Of a stretch of DNA of 64,000 bases, positions 19,514 through 30,192 are shown piece after piece. Source of the DNA: an uncultured Actinomycetes bacterium (GTDB lineage: Bacteria > Actinomycetota > UBA4738 > JBBDTT01); assembly GCA_963742735.1 (NCBI GenBank), contig CAVUMN010000004.1, forward strand, positions 704,001-768,000, read 5' to 3'. The notes below the pieces were generated by a model. That model worked only from the letters and a program-made list of their open reading frames with translations. It had not been told where the DNA came from and searched no databases. Both the position numbers and the translations under genes were made by a program. Position 1 is the stretch's first letter. Every line of letters begins with the position of its first letter.

Positions 19514-20671
19514 GTGGACGTCACCGAGCGGACCGAGATCGAGCGGCGGTACCAGAGCGGCGAGAACGTGTGGCCCGTCGGCTTCGAGGACTGGCAGGGT
19601 GAGGCGGAGCGCATCCTGGATGCGCGGGCGTTCGACTACGTGGCGGGCGGGGCCGGGACCGAGTCCACGATGCGCGCGAACCGCGAGGCGTTCTACCGGT
19701 GGCGGCTGCGGCCGCGGATGCTCTCGGGCAACGCCGAGCGCGACCTGTCGGTGGAGGTCCTGGGGTTGCGAGCCCCGTCGCCCTTCCTGCTGGCGCCGGT
19801 GGGCGTTCTGTCGATCGTCCACCCCGAGGGCGAGCTCGCGGTGTGCCGCGCCGCCCGGGCCACGGGCGTGCCGTACTGCGTGAGCACCGCCGCGTCGCAC
19901 TCCATGGAGGAGATGGCCGAGGCGATGGGGCCCGACCACCCGAAGTGGTACCAGTTCTACTGGCCGCGGGACCGGGAGGTGGCGGCGTCGTTCCTCGACC
20001 GCGCGGCCGCCGCCGGCTACGGCGCCATCGCCCTGACCGTCGACACGCTCACCGTCGGGTGGCGAGACCGCGACGTTCGCAACGGCTGGTACCTGCCGTT
20101 CCTGGAGGGTGAAGGGATCGGCCAGTACACGGCGGACCCGGCGTTCACCTCGAAGCTCGCCGTCTCGGCCGACCAGGACAAGGCGGCGGCCGGCGCGACG
20201 ATGGCCGGCATGTTCTCGAACCTGGCGCTCAACTGGGACGACCTCACGTGGCTCAAGGAGCGGACGGAGCTGCCGGTGCTGTTGAAGGGCATCCTCACGT
20301 CCGAGGACGCGCTCCGGGCCCGGGACGCCGGCATCGACGGCATCGTCGTCTCGAACCACGGCGGGCGGCAGGTCGACGGGTCGGTCGGCGCCCTCGACGC
20401 GCTGGTCGAGGTTCGCGACGCGGTCGGCCCGGACTACCCGATCGTGATGGACAGCGGCGTGCGCCGCGCCTCGGACGTCCTCAAGGCGCTGGCCCTCGGG
20501 GCCGACATCGTCCAGATCGGCCGGCCCTACGTGTGGGCCCTGGGCGTGGGCGGGCAGGGGGGCGTCGAGCACTTCCTGCGGACGCTCATGGGCGAGATCG
20601 ACGTGACGGCCGCGCTCATCGGCATCCGTCAGACGGCCGACCTGGGGCGATCTTCGGTCGCGTACGTCTGA
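19514..20671 (+). CDS. FMN-dependent alpha-hydroxy acid oxidase (lactate 2-monooxygenase-like)
   Basis: FDYVAGGAG, LAPVG, WYQFY, LTVD, LKGI, SNHGGRQVD, DSGVR. Confidence 0.92.
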   Translation: MDVTERTEIERRYQSGENVWPVGFEDWQGEAERILDARAFDYVAGGAGTESTMRANREAFYRWRLRPRMLSGNAERDLSVEVLGLRAPSPFLLAPVGVLSIVHPEGELAVCRAARATGVPYCVSTAASHSMEEMAEAMGPDHPKWYQFYWPRDREVAASFLDRAAAAGYGAIALTVDTLTVGWRDRDVRNGWYLPFLEGEGIGQYTADPAFTSKLAVSADQDKAAAGATMAGMFSNLALNWDDLTWLKERTELPVLLKGILTSEDALRARDAGIDGIVVSNHGGRQVDGSVGALDALVEVRDAVGPDYPIVMDSGVRRASDVLKALALGADIVQIGRPYVWALGVGGQGGVEHFLRTLMGEIDVTAALIGIRQTADLGRSSVAYV

Positions 20672-20711
20672 GCGCACCCGGGCCGGGATTCGTGTAGAAC
20701 GAGGCCCAGCC

Positions 20712-23700
20712 GTGATCCGCAAGCCCGCCCGCATCGTCGTCGTCAGCGCCCTGGCGCTTTCGCTCGCGCTGCCCTCGGCGCCCGCGCCGGCCGCCACCGG
20801 GACGGCCTTCCCGGCGCTCCACGCAACGCTTCGGGCCACGCCCGAGGAGGTTCGGCCGGGCGAGCCGGTGACGATCCGCGGCTCCGTCGCGAGGATCGAC
20901 ACCGCCACGGGGCGAGCGATCCGCGGGGTGCCGGCAACCTACGGGCTCCGGGTCGAGGGCCCGGGAGGCGCCCCGCTCGCCGAGCTCGGGCCGTTCACGG
21001 CCGGCCCGAAGGGGGAGGTCGCCGAAACCGTCCCGGGCGCGGTGACGCACGGGGTGACGGAGACGTCCACGCTGGCCGTGCGGCTCGTCGGCGCCCGGTT
21101 CGGCGCGGTGGCCGTGGCCGACGCCGGGGCGGCCGGCGTCTCCGTGTCGGTGCCGCCCACGACGCTCGAGCTCGAGAACCGCTTCGTGTCCTCGGTCGGC
21201 TGGGTGAAGCCGGGGGAGAGCTATCCGTTCCGGATCCTGGTGCGCAACCACACCTGGAGTCCCCGATACCGCGCCGTGGTACGAGTCCGCCCCGCGCGGG
21301 GGATGCGCTTCGTTCGCGCGGCCCCGGCGGGCCGGGCCGGGAGCGCCGCGATCGAGGGCGGCGAGATCGTGTGGCGGATCGGGAAGGTCCGGGCCCGCAC
21401 CGACGCGGGGGCCTCGGTGACCTCGCTCATCGCTCTGGCCCGGGCCGACTCGCTCCGCCAGGACCCGAAGATCTCGTGGCGCGATCTGTCGACCACCGCA
21501 ACCCTCACGTACCGGTACGGGCCCAAGCCGGGGATCTCCGACCGGAGCCACGGGCCGAAGGTCGTGCCGCCGGGCGGCGCGTACGAGACCGCCCGCTACG
21601 GGGACCGCCCCTTCCCGGTCGTCCCGGTCGACTACTTCGACCGCGCGCACGAGCCGGCCCACACCGCGGAGGGCCTCGCCGCGATCATCAACTCCGAGGA
21701 CATCGAGGGCTCGACCTTCAACCTGTACCAGGAGATGTCCTACGGGCAGCTCTTCCCCCACGCCACCATCCCGTCGGCCGGCGTCGGAACGGCGAGCTTC
21801 GACGTGGCGTGGAAGAGCGATCGCTACCGGGAGAGCGGGTTCCAGTTCACGGAGCTCGCGCCGGCCGGGACGTGCCACGGCGTGAGCGCGTCGGCCCTCG
21901 TCGCATCCCCCGCCTACGAGGAGCGGATCGTCGACGGCTGGTACCGCCTGCCGGGCACCACGGACTACTACGGCGACGACCGCTTCGGGTTCGCCGCGGT
22001 GGGCCAGATCGCCGGCAACGCCCTGCTCGCGGACATCGACGGCGCGTGCGGGCCCGCGGCGAAGGCGGTCTACGACGCCGCGCACATCGCCGATCCCGAC
22101 ATCGACTACTCGGACTTCGACACGGACAAGGACGGCGTCGTCGACTTCTTCATGATGGTCTTCGCCGGCGTCGGCGGGAACGGCGGCTCGCAGACCACCG
22201 TGCCGCCCTACGACAACATCTGGCCGCACTCGTTCAGCCTGGAGTTCGCGTACAGCGACCCGGAGACCGGCCTGGCCGGCTACATCACCGACGACCAGCT
22301 CCGGGACCTCGAGGATCACCCGCTCTACTACACCAACGCGTCCCGCACGGTCATGACGCGCAAACGCACCGCGTTCCCCGTCTACGTCCGGGTGGGGCCG
22401 TACAACGTGAACCCCGAGACCGCCGTCGAGAAGGCCAGCGTGATCTCCCACGAGTACGGGCACTCGCTCGGCCTGCCGGACTTCTACTCGAACGCCCGGA
22501 GCGACTACGGCGACTTCAACCTGATGGCCACCGACAAGAGCCAGAACATGGACGTGTTCGCCAAGCAGGAGCTCGGGTGGCTGATCCCCCGAGTGCTGCG
22601 GCGGGGGGAGTACACGATCCAGGACTGGCGGGACTCGAAGGTCAACTCCCACCGGATCCACTGGCGGACGCCGGACGGCACCCCGTACGTCCTGAAGGGG
22701 GGGAACGTCCGCAACGGGACGGCGTTCGCCGTGAAGCTTCCCGCGCGGCGGCTCCTGGATCTGGAGAAGATCAAGCAGGGGGCCTCCCCGAGCCACGTCT
22801 GGTGGTCGACGTCGGGGAACAACTACGGGTGCCCGCCGGGGGGCGGGCGGAACCTCGACGTGTTCCTGCCCGAGCTCGAGAAGCTGCCGGCGGGCACGCC
22901 CGTGACCCTGACGTTCAACCACTACTGGGACGTCGAGTGGGACTTCGACTACGGGTTCGTGCTGATGACCGGAGACAACGGCCAGTCCTACGACTCCGTC
23001 CCCTCGGAGAACGGCTACACGACCGAGGCCTCGTTCAACCCGCAGTCGATCCCGTGCCAGACGCTGTACGGGAACGGGATCACCGGCACGAGCGGGTCGT
23101 TCGAGGCGGGGACGGAGACCCTCGACCGTACGAACGGCGACTACCCGGACGGCCCCTTCCTGGCCGACCAGTACGACCTGAGCGCCTACGCGGGGAGCCC
23201 GGCGGTCCTGCGGTTCGCGTACTCATCGGACGGCGGCGTGGCCCACCCCGGCTGGTTCATCGACGACGTCAAGGTCACCGCGACGGTCGACGGGCAGGAG
23301 CGCATCATCTACACCTCGAACTTCGAGCGCGGGCGCGACGAGGCCCGGCTGTTCAACGGCGGGTGCAAGGGGGCCATCGCCACCGCGGCCGTCTGCACCA
23401 AGCCGTGGCTCTACGTGCAGGGCGACGGCGCCTCACCCTTCGACCACGCCTACTACCTGGAGATGCGAGACCGGTCGGGCTTCGACATGGACGGGCAGAA
23501 CCAGAACGACCGAGAGCCGATCGCGTTCGAGCCCGGGCTCCTCATGTCGTACACCGACGAGACGCACGGGTACGGCAACAACGGGACGGACGACCCGCCG
23601 GCCCAGTCTCCGATCGACGCGCAGCCGGAGGCCGGGAACAACAGCCCGAACCTGAACGACGCGACGTTCAACGTCGACGAGACGTTCTCGGACTTCGGCG

Positions 23701-23957
23701 ACGGGTACACGAACAGCTACCAGGACGACGCCTCGGACGACGGCAACTGGCACTTCGCGTACAACTGTCTCGCGCTGCGCGTGGTCCGCATGGCCGGGAC
23801 CGACGTGGGCCCGGACGTCAGTCCCGGGAACCTGATCGGCGACGTCCACTTCAGGATCGGCGGCGGCTGCGCGAAGTGGGATTACGGCTACGGCCTGTCG
23901 GTCACCGCCGGCGCCGGCCGCGCGGCGGCATTCCGGCCGCCCCAGCACCGTCCGTAG
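20712..23957 (+). CDS. Large secreted M6 (immune inhibitor A-like) metalloprotease
   Basis: Signal peptide; DYSDFDTDKDGVVD, IWPHS, HEYGHSLGLPDFY, WDVEWDFDYG, GWFIDDV. Confidence 0.85.
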   Translation: MIRKPARIVVVSALALSLALPSAPAPAATGTAFPALHATLRATPEEVRPGEPVTIRGSVARIDTATGRAIRGVPATYGLRVEGPGGAPLAELGPFTAGPKGEVAETVPGAVTHGVTETSTLAVRLVGARFGAVAVADAGAAGVSVSVPPTTLELENRFVSSVGWVKPGESYPFRILVRNHTWSPRYRAVVRVRPARGMRFVRAAPAGRAGSAAIEGGEIVWRIGKVRARTDAGASVTSLIALARADSLRQDPKISWRDLSTTATLTYRYGPKPGISDRSHGPKVVPPGGAYETARYGDRPFPVVPVDYFDRAHEPAHTAEGLAAIINSEDIEGSTFNLYQEMSYGQLFPHATIPSAGVGTASFDVAWKSDRYRESGFQFTELAPAGTCHGVSASALVASPAYEERIVDGWYRLPGTTDYYGDDRFGFAAVGQIAGNALLADIDGACGPAAKAVYDAAHIADPDIDYSDFDTDKDGVVDFFMMVFAGVGGNGGSQTTVPPYDNIWPHSFSLEFAYSDPETGLAGYITDDQLRDLEDHPLYYTNASRTVMTRKRTAFPVYVRVGPYNVNPETAVEKASVISHEYGHSLGLPDFYSNARSDYGDFNLMATDKSQNMDVFAKQELGWLIPRVLRRGEYTIQDWRDSKVNSHRIHWRTPDGTPYVLKGGNVRNGTAFAVKLPARRLLDLEKIKQGASPSHVWWSTSGNNYGCPPGGGRNLDVFLPELEKLPAGTPVTLTFNHYWDVEWDFDYGFVLMTGDNGQSYDSVPSENGYTTEASFNPQSIPCQTLYGNGITGTSGSFEAGTETLDRTNGDYPDGPFLADQYDLSAYAGSPAVLRFAYSSDGGVAHPGWFIDDVKVTATVDGQERIIYTSNFERGRDEARLFNGGCKGAIATAAVCTKPWLYVQGDGASPFDHAYYLEMRDRSGFDMDGQNQNDREPIAFEPGLLMSYTDETHGYGNNGTDDPPAQSPIDAQPEAGNNSPNLNDATFNVDETFSDFGDGYTNSYQDDASDDGNWHFAYNCLALRVVRMAGTDVGPDVSPGNLIGDVHFRIGGGCAKWDYGYGLSVTAGAGRAAAFRPPQHRP

Positions 23958-25217
23958 CTAGACGTCCCCGGCCGCGCGGCGCGACTCCTCGGCCGCCCAC
24001 CGGAAGATCCCCTTCGCCATCGTGGATCGCTCGCCGGCCGTGCGGGCCTCGAACACCTCCGCGTGCGCGGCGAGGACCTCGGGATCGCGGGGCGCGGCCA
24101 GCCGGGCCGCCTCGGCCAGGTGGCCCGCCAGCCGGTGTTCGCCCGCCGCCGAGAGCTCCCGCGCCCGCGCGGCCAGGCGCCCGGCGCCGCCGGCCAGGGC
24201 CGCGAGCTCGCCGGCCAGGGCGTCTTCGGGCGCCGGCTTCAGGGTCGCCGGGTTGCCGTCGTACCACCCGCCGTACAGGCGCCACACGTTGCGGACGATG
24301 AACTCGGGCTCGTCGTACACGGGCTGGAGATACGGGAGGTTCGCCAGGCGGTCCGGGACCTCCACCGCGTGGATGGCGTCGTCCAGGCGGCCGCCGGCGT
24401 TCATCACCGACATCGTCTGGACGACGAGCGACTCGAGCAGCTCGGCGGTGTGGGACAGGGCGTCCCGGATGCGGTCGGCGCCGATGATCGGCCAGCCGTG
24501 TCCCGGCAGGAGGACCTCGGCCCCAAAGCTCGCCATCCGCCGCAGCGCCGCGGCCCAGTCGTCGGGGTAGCGCTGGACCTTCTGGGGATTGCCGGCGTTC
24601 GGCGTGCACCAGATGAACAGGTCGCCCGCGCACAGCACGCGTCGCTGCGGCAGCCACGTCCACGTGGCGTCGTCGGTCTCACCGCGCGCATGCCTGAGCT
24701 CCACGAGCTCGTTGCCGACCGAGACCGCGAGCGACTCGCGGTACGTCTCGTCGGGATACCGGTACTCGGTGGGCCACTCCAGCCCCGAGGCGGAGAACTG
24801 CCGGCGGTTGATGATCGCGTTGTAGCCGGCCGTGAACCGGTACCGGTCGAACCGCAGCGGCACGTTCTCGTGCGCCACCACGTTTGGTGGCGTCCATCGC
24901 TTCGCGCGCGCTTCCTCCTCGAACGGGCCCAGGCCGAAGACGTGGTCGATGTGGCCGTGCGAGAAGACCGCGGTGTGCAGGCGATCGGACGTCCACCCCC
25001 GCAGGGTCTGGTGAACCCAGCCGGCCGACGCCGGGTTGCCCGAGTCGACCAGGAGCAGGCCGCCCTCGGTGCTCACCGCGGTGACGTTGGCGAACGCGTG
25101 CAGGAAGGCCACGCCCCCGCTCACCTCGACGAGCTCGCCCGATCCGGCCAGCGGGTGCGCGTCGTCGACGCGAAGCTCTCCGCGCCAGGCCCGCTCCGCG
25201 TCCTCCAGAACGCCCAT
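23958..25217 (-). CDS. Alkyl sulfatase-like metallo-beta-lactamase fold hydrolase
   Basis: SHGHIDH, GETDD, PNAGNPQK, LLPGHG, YGGWYDGNP (SdsA-type dimerization region). Confidence 0.88.
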   Translation of the reverse strand: MGVLEDAERAWRGELRVDDAHPLAGSGELVEVSGGVAFLHAFANVTAVSTEGGLLLVDSGNPASAGWVHQTLRGWTSDRLHTAVFSHGHIDHVFGLGPFEEEARAKRWTPPNVVAHENVPLRFDRYRFTAGYNAIINRRQFSASGLEWPTEYRYPDETYRESLAVSVGNELVELRHARGETDDATWTWLPQRRVLCAGDLFIWCTPNAGNPQKVQRYPDDWAAALRRMASFGAEVLLPGHGWPIIGADRIRDALSHTAELLESLVVQTMSVMNAGGRLDDAIHAVEVPDRLANLPYLQPVYDEPEFIVRNVWRLYGGWYDGNPATLKPAPEDALAGELAALAGGAGRLAARARELSAAGEHRLAGHLAEAARLAAPRDPEVLAAHAEVFEARTAGERSTMAKGIFRWAAEESRRAAGDV

Positions 25218-25225
25218 GCGTTCTT

Positions 25226-25993
25226 TTACCCCGAGCGCCGTCCGGCTGCCGCCGTCTCGCCGCGGAGGAACACCGACCGCAACAGGTCGTCGCGCCCCCG
25301 GAGCTTCGACGAGGGGCCGGAGAACCGGATCTCCCCGCGCTCCAGGAAGTAGGCGCGGCTCGCGACGTCCAGGGCCATGTCCACGTGCTGGTCGACCAGG
25401 AGCACCGAGAGTCCGTCGGCGTTGAAGCGTCGAAGGATCTCCAGGAGCTCCTCGACGACCTTCGGCGCGAGCCCCAGCGAGAGCTCGTCGACCAGGAGCA
25501 GGCGCGGGCGCATCACGAAGGACTTCGCCAGCGTGAGCATCTGCTGCTGTCCGCCCGACATGCTGCCGGCCGACTGCCGGCGCCGGTCGGCGAGCTGAGG
25601 GAAGTACTCGAAGACCTGCTCCACGGCCTGCCGCCGGGCGGCCTTGTCGCGGCCGAACAGGAAGCCGCCGAGCTCGAGGTTCTCCTGGACGGACAGGCCC
25701 GGGAACACCCCTCGTCCGCCCGGCATCTGCACGATGCCGGCGCGCACGATGTCGGCGGGGCGGACCCCCCGCAACGAGGCCCCCCGCCAGGTGACCTGGC
25801 CCGCCACCGGCTTCAGGATCCCCGAGACCACCCGCAGGATCGTGGTCTTTCCGGCGCCGTTCGTCCCCAGCAGGGCGACCATCTCTCCCTCCCGGACCTC
25901 CAGGTCGATGTCGAACAGGACCTGGACGGGGCCGTAGAAGGCCTGGACGTCGACGAGGCGAAGGACCGGCTCGGGGGCGGGGACGCGCGTCAT
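25226..25993 (-). CDS. Liv-type ABC transporter ATP-binding protein (LivF-like)
   Basis: GTNGAGKT, MSGGQQQM, LLVDELSLGLAP. Confidence 0.92.
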   Translation of the reverse strand: MTRVPAPEPVLRLVDVQAFYGPVQVLFDIDLEVREGEMVALLGTNGAGKTTILRVVSGILKPVAGQVTWRGASLRGVRPADIVRAGIVQMPGGRGVFPGLSVQENLELGGFLFGRDKAARRQAVEQVFEYFPQLADRRRQSAGSMSGGQQQMLTLAKSFVMRPRLLLVDELSLGLAPKVVEELLEILRRFNADGLSVLLVDQHVDMALDVASRAYFLERGEIRFSGPSSKLRGRDDLLRSVFLRGETAAAGRRSG

Positions 25994-26766
25994 CCGGCCC
26001 TCCGCGTCCGGCCCAGGTAGGACTCCAGGACCCGGTCGTTCGAGACGACCTCGTCCGGCGTCCCCTCGGCGATCACCCGGCCGAAGTCGAGCGCGATGAC
26101 CCGTTCGGAGACGGAGAGCAGCAGCCGCATGTCGTGCTCGATGAGCAGCAGGGCGCACCCCTGTTCGTCGCGGACCCGGGTCAGGAGCGGCCCGAGAGCC
26201 TCGACCTCCTTCTGGGCGATGCCGCTCGCCGGCTCGTCGAGGAGCAGGATCCGCGGCTCCAGGGACAGCACCGACGCGAGCTCCAGGAACCGCAGCGTTC
26301 CGTAGGAGAGCTGCGTGGGATAGGCGTCGCGCCACGGGCGGAGGTTCACGACGTCGAGCATCGCCTCGACCCGCTCGCGGGCCACCCGCTCGTCCCGCCG
26401 CCACGACGGCAGCCGCAGCATCGCCGAGAACGACCCGCCCGACAGGTGCCGGTGCTGCGCGACGACCAGGTTCTCGTAGACGGTCAGGTTCCGGAACAGA
26501 CGGACGTGCTGGAACGTCCGCCCCATCCCGGCGGCGACACGCTCGTAGGGCAGCAGGTGTCCGACGTCCTCACCGTCGAGCAGCACCTGTCCGGCGTCGG
26601 GCTTCAGGAACCCGCCGATCACGTTGAACAGCGTGGACTTGCCGGCGCCGTTCGGGCCCAGCAGCCCCACGATCTCGCCCGCCTCCACCTGGAGGTCCAC
26701 GCCCTCGAGCGCGGCGATGCCGCCGAAGCGCTTGCCCACCTGCCGGGTCTCGAGGAGGGGAGTCAT
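25990..26766 (-). CDS. Liv-type ABC transporter ATP-binding protein (LivG-like)
   Basis: GPNGAGKS, RTFQ, LSYG, LLDEPASG, IEHDM. Confidence 0.92.
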   Translation of the reverse strand: MTPLLETRQVGKRFGGIAALEGVDLQVEAGEIVGLLGPNGAGKSTLFNVIGGFLKPDAGQVLLDGEDVGHLLPYERVAAGMGRTFQHVRLFRNLTVYENLVVAQHRHLSGGSFSAMLRLPSWRRDERVARERVEAMLDVVNLRPWRDAYPTQLSYGTLRFLELASVLSLEPRILLLDEPASGIAQKEVEALGPLLTRVRDEQGCALLLIEHDMRLLLSVSERVIALDFGRVIAEGTPDEVVSNDRVLESYLGRTRRAG

Positions 26767-27869
26767 GACAGCGACAGCACCAGCCAGGCGATCGCCACGT
26801 TCGCCCCAAGGACCCCGGCCGCCACCGCGATCCCGAGCACCGGTCGCCGGCGGATCAGCTCGAGCTGCAGCTTGCCGATCTGCATGAGACCGCCCGGGCG
26901 GAACATCAGGAACAGGATCACGGTGAACCCGGTGTAGATCCCGAAGAACGCGAAGAAGAACTCCGCGCCCTGGAAGACCTGCTGCTGGATGACCAGGGCG
27001 ATCGCCCCGAGGAACGCGCCGAGCGCCCGGTCGATGCCGCCGATCGCCACCAGGGTGATCAGCACGATCGAGGTGACCTCGGCGAACGGCGGCCGGAACG
27101 CCGACGGGCTCGGGTTCAGCAGCAGCGCGGCCAGGAAGCCGCCGCCGATCGCCGCGATCATCCCCCCGATGACGAGCGCCACCAGCTTCGTCTTGTAGAC
27201 ATTGATCCCCAGGGCCTGGGCCTCGAGCTCGTTGTCGCGCACCGCGAGCATCGCGCGGCCGGTCCGCGAGGTCCGCAGCCCCTCGACCATCCACAGCAGC
27301 AGCAGGACGACGACCAGGCACAGCCCGTAGAACATTCGGTCCGAGGCGAAGTCGACCGGCCCGAGCCGCGGCCGTTCGATCAGCCAGCCGGTGTTGCCGC
27401 CGGTCACGTCGCCCCACTGGAAGAACGTCTCGCCGAGCGCGTTGGCCATGGTCAGCGTGGCGATCGCCAGGTACAGCCCCTTCAGGCGGATCGATGCCAC
27501 CCCGACGAGCACCGAGAACGGGATGGTCGCCGCCGCGCCGAGCAGGATGGCCAGCCAGAACGGCCACCCCCACGACGCCATGGCCAGGCCGGTGATCATC
27601 GCGCCGATCCCCGCGAACGAGTACGGCATCAGCGAGATCAGTCCCGCGTAGCCCGTGACGACGGTGACCGACAGCCCGAGCATCGCGTACACCAGGGCGT
27701 ACTGGCCGGCGAAGAACCCGAAGTCGCCGAAGGGGATCGGCAGGAGCGCCAGGAGTCCGAGCAGGCCGAGTCCGATCAGGCGGGCTCGCCGCCCGGAGCC
27801 GGTCACCGCGGAGGGCACGGGCGGCTCGGTCTCCGGAGCCCTGGGCCGGGCCTCGACGTCGACGGCCAT
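26763..27869 (-). CDS. Liv-type ABC permease (LivM-like)
   Basis: GYAGLISL, RLKGLYLAIATL, GRAMLAVRDNE..A.ALGIN. Confidence 0.9.
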   Translation of the reverse strand: MAVDVEARPRAPETEPPVPSAVTGSGRRARLIGLGLLGLLALLPIPFGDFGFFAGQYALVYAMLGLSVTVVTGYAGLISLMPYSFAGIGAMITGLAMASWGWPFWLAILLGAAATIPFSVLVGVASIRLKGLYLAIATLTMANALGETFFQWGDVTGGNTGWLIERPRLGPVDFASDRMFYGLCLVVVLLLLWMVEGLRTSRTGRAMLAVRDNELEAQALGINVYKTKLVALVIGGMIAAIGGGFLAALLLNPSPSAFRPPFAEVTSIVLITLVAIGGIDRALGAFLGAIALVIQQQVFQGAEFFFAFFGIYTGFTVILFLMFRPGGLMQIGKLQLELIRRRPVLGIAVAAGVLGANVAIAWLVLSLS

Positions 27870-28795
27870 CACAGCTCCAACGCCTCGAGCTCCTGCTTGG
27901 TCGCGAAGAACCGCTCGGTTCGCAACAGCAGGAGTCCGACGATGAGGATCGCGGCGATCGAGGAACGCAGGTCGCTCCACGGCTTCGGCGCCAGCACCAG
28001 GAGCTCGCGTGCGAGGCCGAAGACGAAGCCTCCCACCACGGCCATGGGGAGGTTGACCAGGCCGCCCACGAGGGCGGCGCCGAACGCCGGGATGAGGAGC
28101 GTCCCGAACGGCGTCAGGTCGAAGGTGGTGATCAGCCCGCCCTCCTCCCCGCCCGCATGGGGCAGGACCATCAGCAGCGCCAGCGCGGCCAGCGCCGATC
28201 CGATCCCCCACGCGATCGTGGAGTGACGGGCCTCGTCGATCCCGGCGAGGGCGGCGGCCTCCCGGTTCTGGGCCACGGCCCGCAGTGCGCGCCCGGTCAT
28301 GGACGCGCGGAACCAGACCAGGAAGCCGAACGCGACGCCCACCGCGGTGACCGCGGTGAAGATCTCCGTGGAGCGAACGTTGACGCCGCCGATGCGCAGG
28401 TCGCTCACGGGGAGCCAGGGCGGGATCGAGGTGAACGCCTCGAACCCCAGGATCATCTGGGCCAGGGAGGACAGCAGGGTGGCCATCCCGATGGAGATCA
28501 GGATCACGATCAGCTGGTTGGCGCGGTTCAGCCGGCGGAACACCAGGCGGTAGGCGAGCGCCCCGATCATCACGGCCACCCCGAGAGACAGGACCGCCGC
28601 CACGGCCGCCGGCATCCCGGTCTTCGCCAGGAGGGCATAGCCGACCATCGACAGCAGGCCGATGGCCCAGTGCGCGAAGTTCAACACGCCGGTGGTGCGG
28701 TAGATCAGGACCAGCCCCAGCGCGAGCAGCCCGAAGACGGCTCCGGCGGACAGGCCGAACACCGTGACCTCGATGACGGGGGCGGACGAGGTCAT
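27869..28795 (-). CDS. Liv-type ABC permease (LivH-like)
   Basis: ALGLVLIYRTTGVLNFAH, GRALRAVAQN.EAA.LAGI, AALVGG. Confidence 0.9.
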   Translation of the reverse strand: MTSSAPVIEVTVFGLSAGAVFGLLALGLVLIYRTTGVLNFAHWAIGLLSMVGYALLAKTGMPAAVAAVLSLGVAVMIGALAYRLVFRRLNRANQLIVILISIGMATLLSSLAQMILGFEAFTSIPPWLPVSDLRIGGVNVRSTEIFTAVTAVGVAFGFLVWFRASMTGRALRAVAQNREAAALAGIDEARHSTIAWGIGSALAALALLMVLPHAGGEEGGLITTFDLTPFGTLLIPAFGAALVGGLVNLPMAVVGGFVFGLARELLVLAPKPWSDLRSSIAAILIVGLLLLRTERFFATKQELEALEL

Positions 28796-30192
28796 GTCTT
28801 CACGAACGCTCGATACAGCCAGTCGATCGAACGGAACGGACGCGTTCGCTGGAGCCGGCGACCCCACGGGAAGCGGCCGATCCAGCGGAACAGCAGGAGG
28901 AGCGCGACGAGCAGGCCCGCGGCGAGCGTGGCGGGGACCACCCACCGGCCGGTCTCGACGCGGGACACCGCGAACTCGGGCTCGGGCGGCGCCGCCACCG
29001 GGGTCGCCGACGGCGAGGGGCTCGTCGACGGCGTCGGCAGGCTGATGCCTGGGCCGATGGGCCCCGTGTCGATCCCGCCCGGATCCACGATCGGGCCCGG
29101 CGTCACCCGGTCCCGGCCCATCGTGGCGTGGAGCTCGGCCCCGCCGAACAGCACGGTCTGGTTGGGCACGGCGAGGTACAGGCCCGCCGCGACGACGTCG
29201 AGGCCTCCACCGTCGTCGGCGGCCTTCACGAACGGCGCGGCCAGGCCGACCTGCATCCCGCCGACCTCGATGGGCTGGCCGGGAGCCAGCGCGATGGGCT
29301 CGCCGCCCAGTCGCACGCCGACGGCCGCGGTCGTGACGGAGTACCCGAGCCCCTCAGGGGTCCCGTCCGAGGAGAACGACACCGTGGTCTCCAACAGGTC
29401 CATGGTGAGCTCGCCCCCGGCCCACACCGCGTCGTGGAGCGAGCTGTGCACCAGCCCGTGGACCCTGCCGCCGCGCTCGAACAGGTGCACGACGGTCCGG
29501 CCCTCCTCGGACTCGGCGCCCACGGCGATGCCGCCGAACGTGCACTCGCCCTCGCGACACTCGGCCAGGTGATAGGTCTCCGGCGTCTCCGCCGACCGGG
29601 ACAGATAGTGCGCGTACTCCTCCGGGTTGTCGGCCGGGGCACAGCGCTCCTCGTACACCGCTCGGTTGGGGCTGAACGCGTCGGACTCCGTGTGCATCGA
29701 CGGCTCCTGACGCCCGGAGAGGTCGACGTAGGAGTCGGTGGCCAGGCCGCCCGCCTCGAAGACGCCGCCGAGGTTGCTGAGGGTGCCGAGGGAGAGCTGC
29801 TCGTTCAGCGTGATGGGGCTGGCCAGGGGCGGCCGCTCCGCGGAGCCCGCGTCGTCGCCCGATCCGCCCGTCGCCGGCTCGACGCCGGCGAACGGCTCCG
29901 GCTCCGGCGCCTCCTCGCCCTTGCCGAGGGCGACCGCCGGCGGGCAGTTCGGCGCGTGGTCGTAGGCGGCGTCGTCGCAGCGGTAGGGGTCCGTCTCGGG
30001 GTCGCAGGGCTGGGCCGTCTGGGCCGCCTCGATCACCTCTCCGGACAGCGAGACCCGATAGGCGTACGCGCGGGCCTCCCGGATCGAGAACGTGAGGACG
30101 GTCTGCGTCGCCGCGGCGGCGGGCGTCGCGCCGAGCAGCGGCGCGACCAGGCAGGCGGCGACGGCCAGCCGGGCGAGCGCGGGAGCTCTCAC
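28792..30192 (-). CDS. Exported beta-rich hypothetical protein with Pro/Ser linker and C-terminal membrane anchor
   Basis: Signal peptide (ARLAVAACLVAPLLGATPAAAA), several Cys, PTPSTSPSP linker, C-terminal TM; 4-bp overlaps with both neighbours. Confidence 0.7.
   Translation of the reverse strand: MRAPALARLAVAACLVAPLLGATPAAAATQTVLTFSIREARAYAYRVSLSGEVIEAAQTAQPCDPETDPYRCDDAAYDHAPNCPPAVALGKGEEAPEPEPFAGVEPATGGSGDDAGSAERPPLASPITLNEQLSLGTLSNLGGVFEAGGLATDSYVDLSGRQEPSMHTESDAFSPNRAVYEERCAPADNPEEYAHYLSRSAETPETYHLAECREGECTFGGIAVGAESEEGRTVVHLFERGGRVHGLVHSSLHDAVWAGGELTMDLLETTVSFSSDGTPEGLGYSVTTAAVGVRLGGEPIALAPGQPIEVGGMQVGLAAPFVKAADDGGGLDVVAAGLYLAVPNQTVLFGGAELHATMGRDRVTPGPIVDPGGIDTGPIGPGISLPTPSTSPSPSATPVAAPPEPEFAVSRVETGRWVVPATLAAGLLVALLLLFRWIGRFPWGRRLQRTRPFRSIDWLYRAFVKT

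Noticed and set aside
4592-24301. Very long alternative-frame ORFs (e.g. 8392-10968, 9047-12022, 20616-22922, 21371-24301)
   Set aside because: Arg/Pro/Gly-rich shadow ORFs expected at this GC content, overlapping well-supported genes; only fragments adjoining frameshifts are real.
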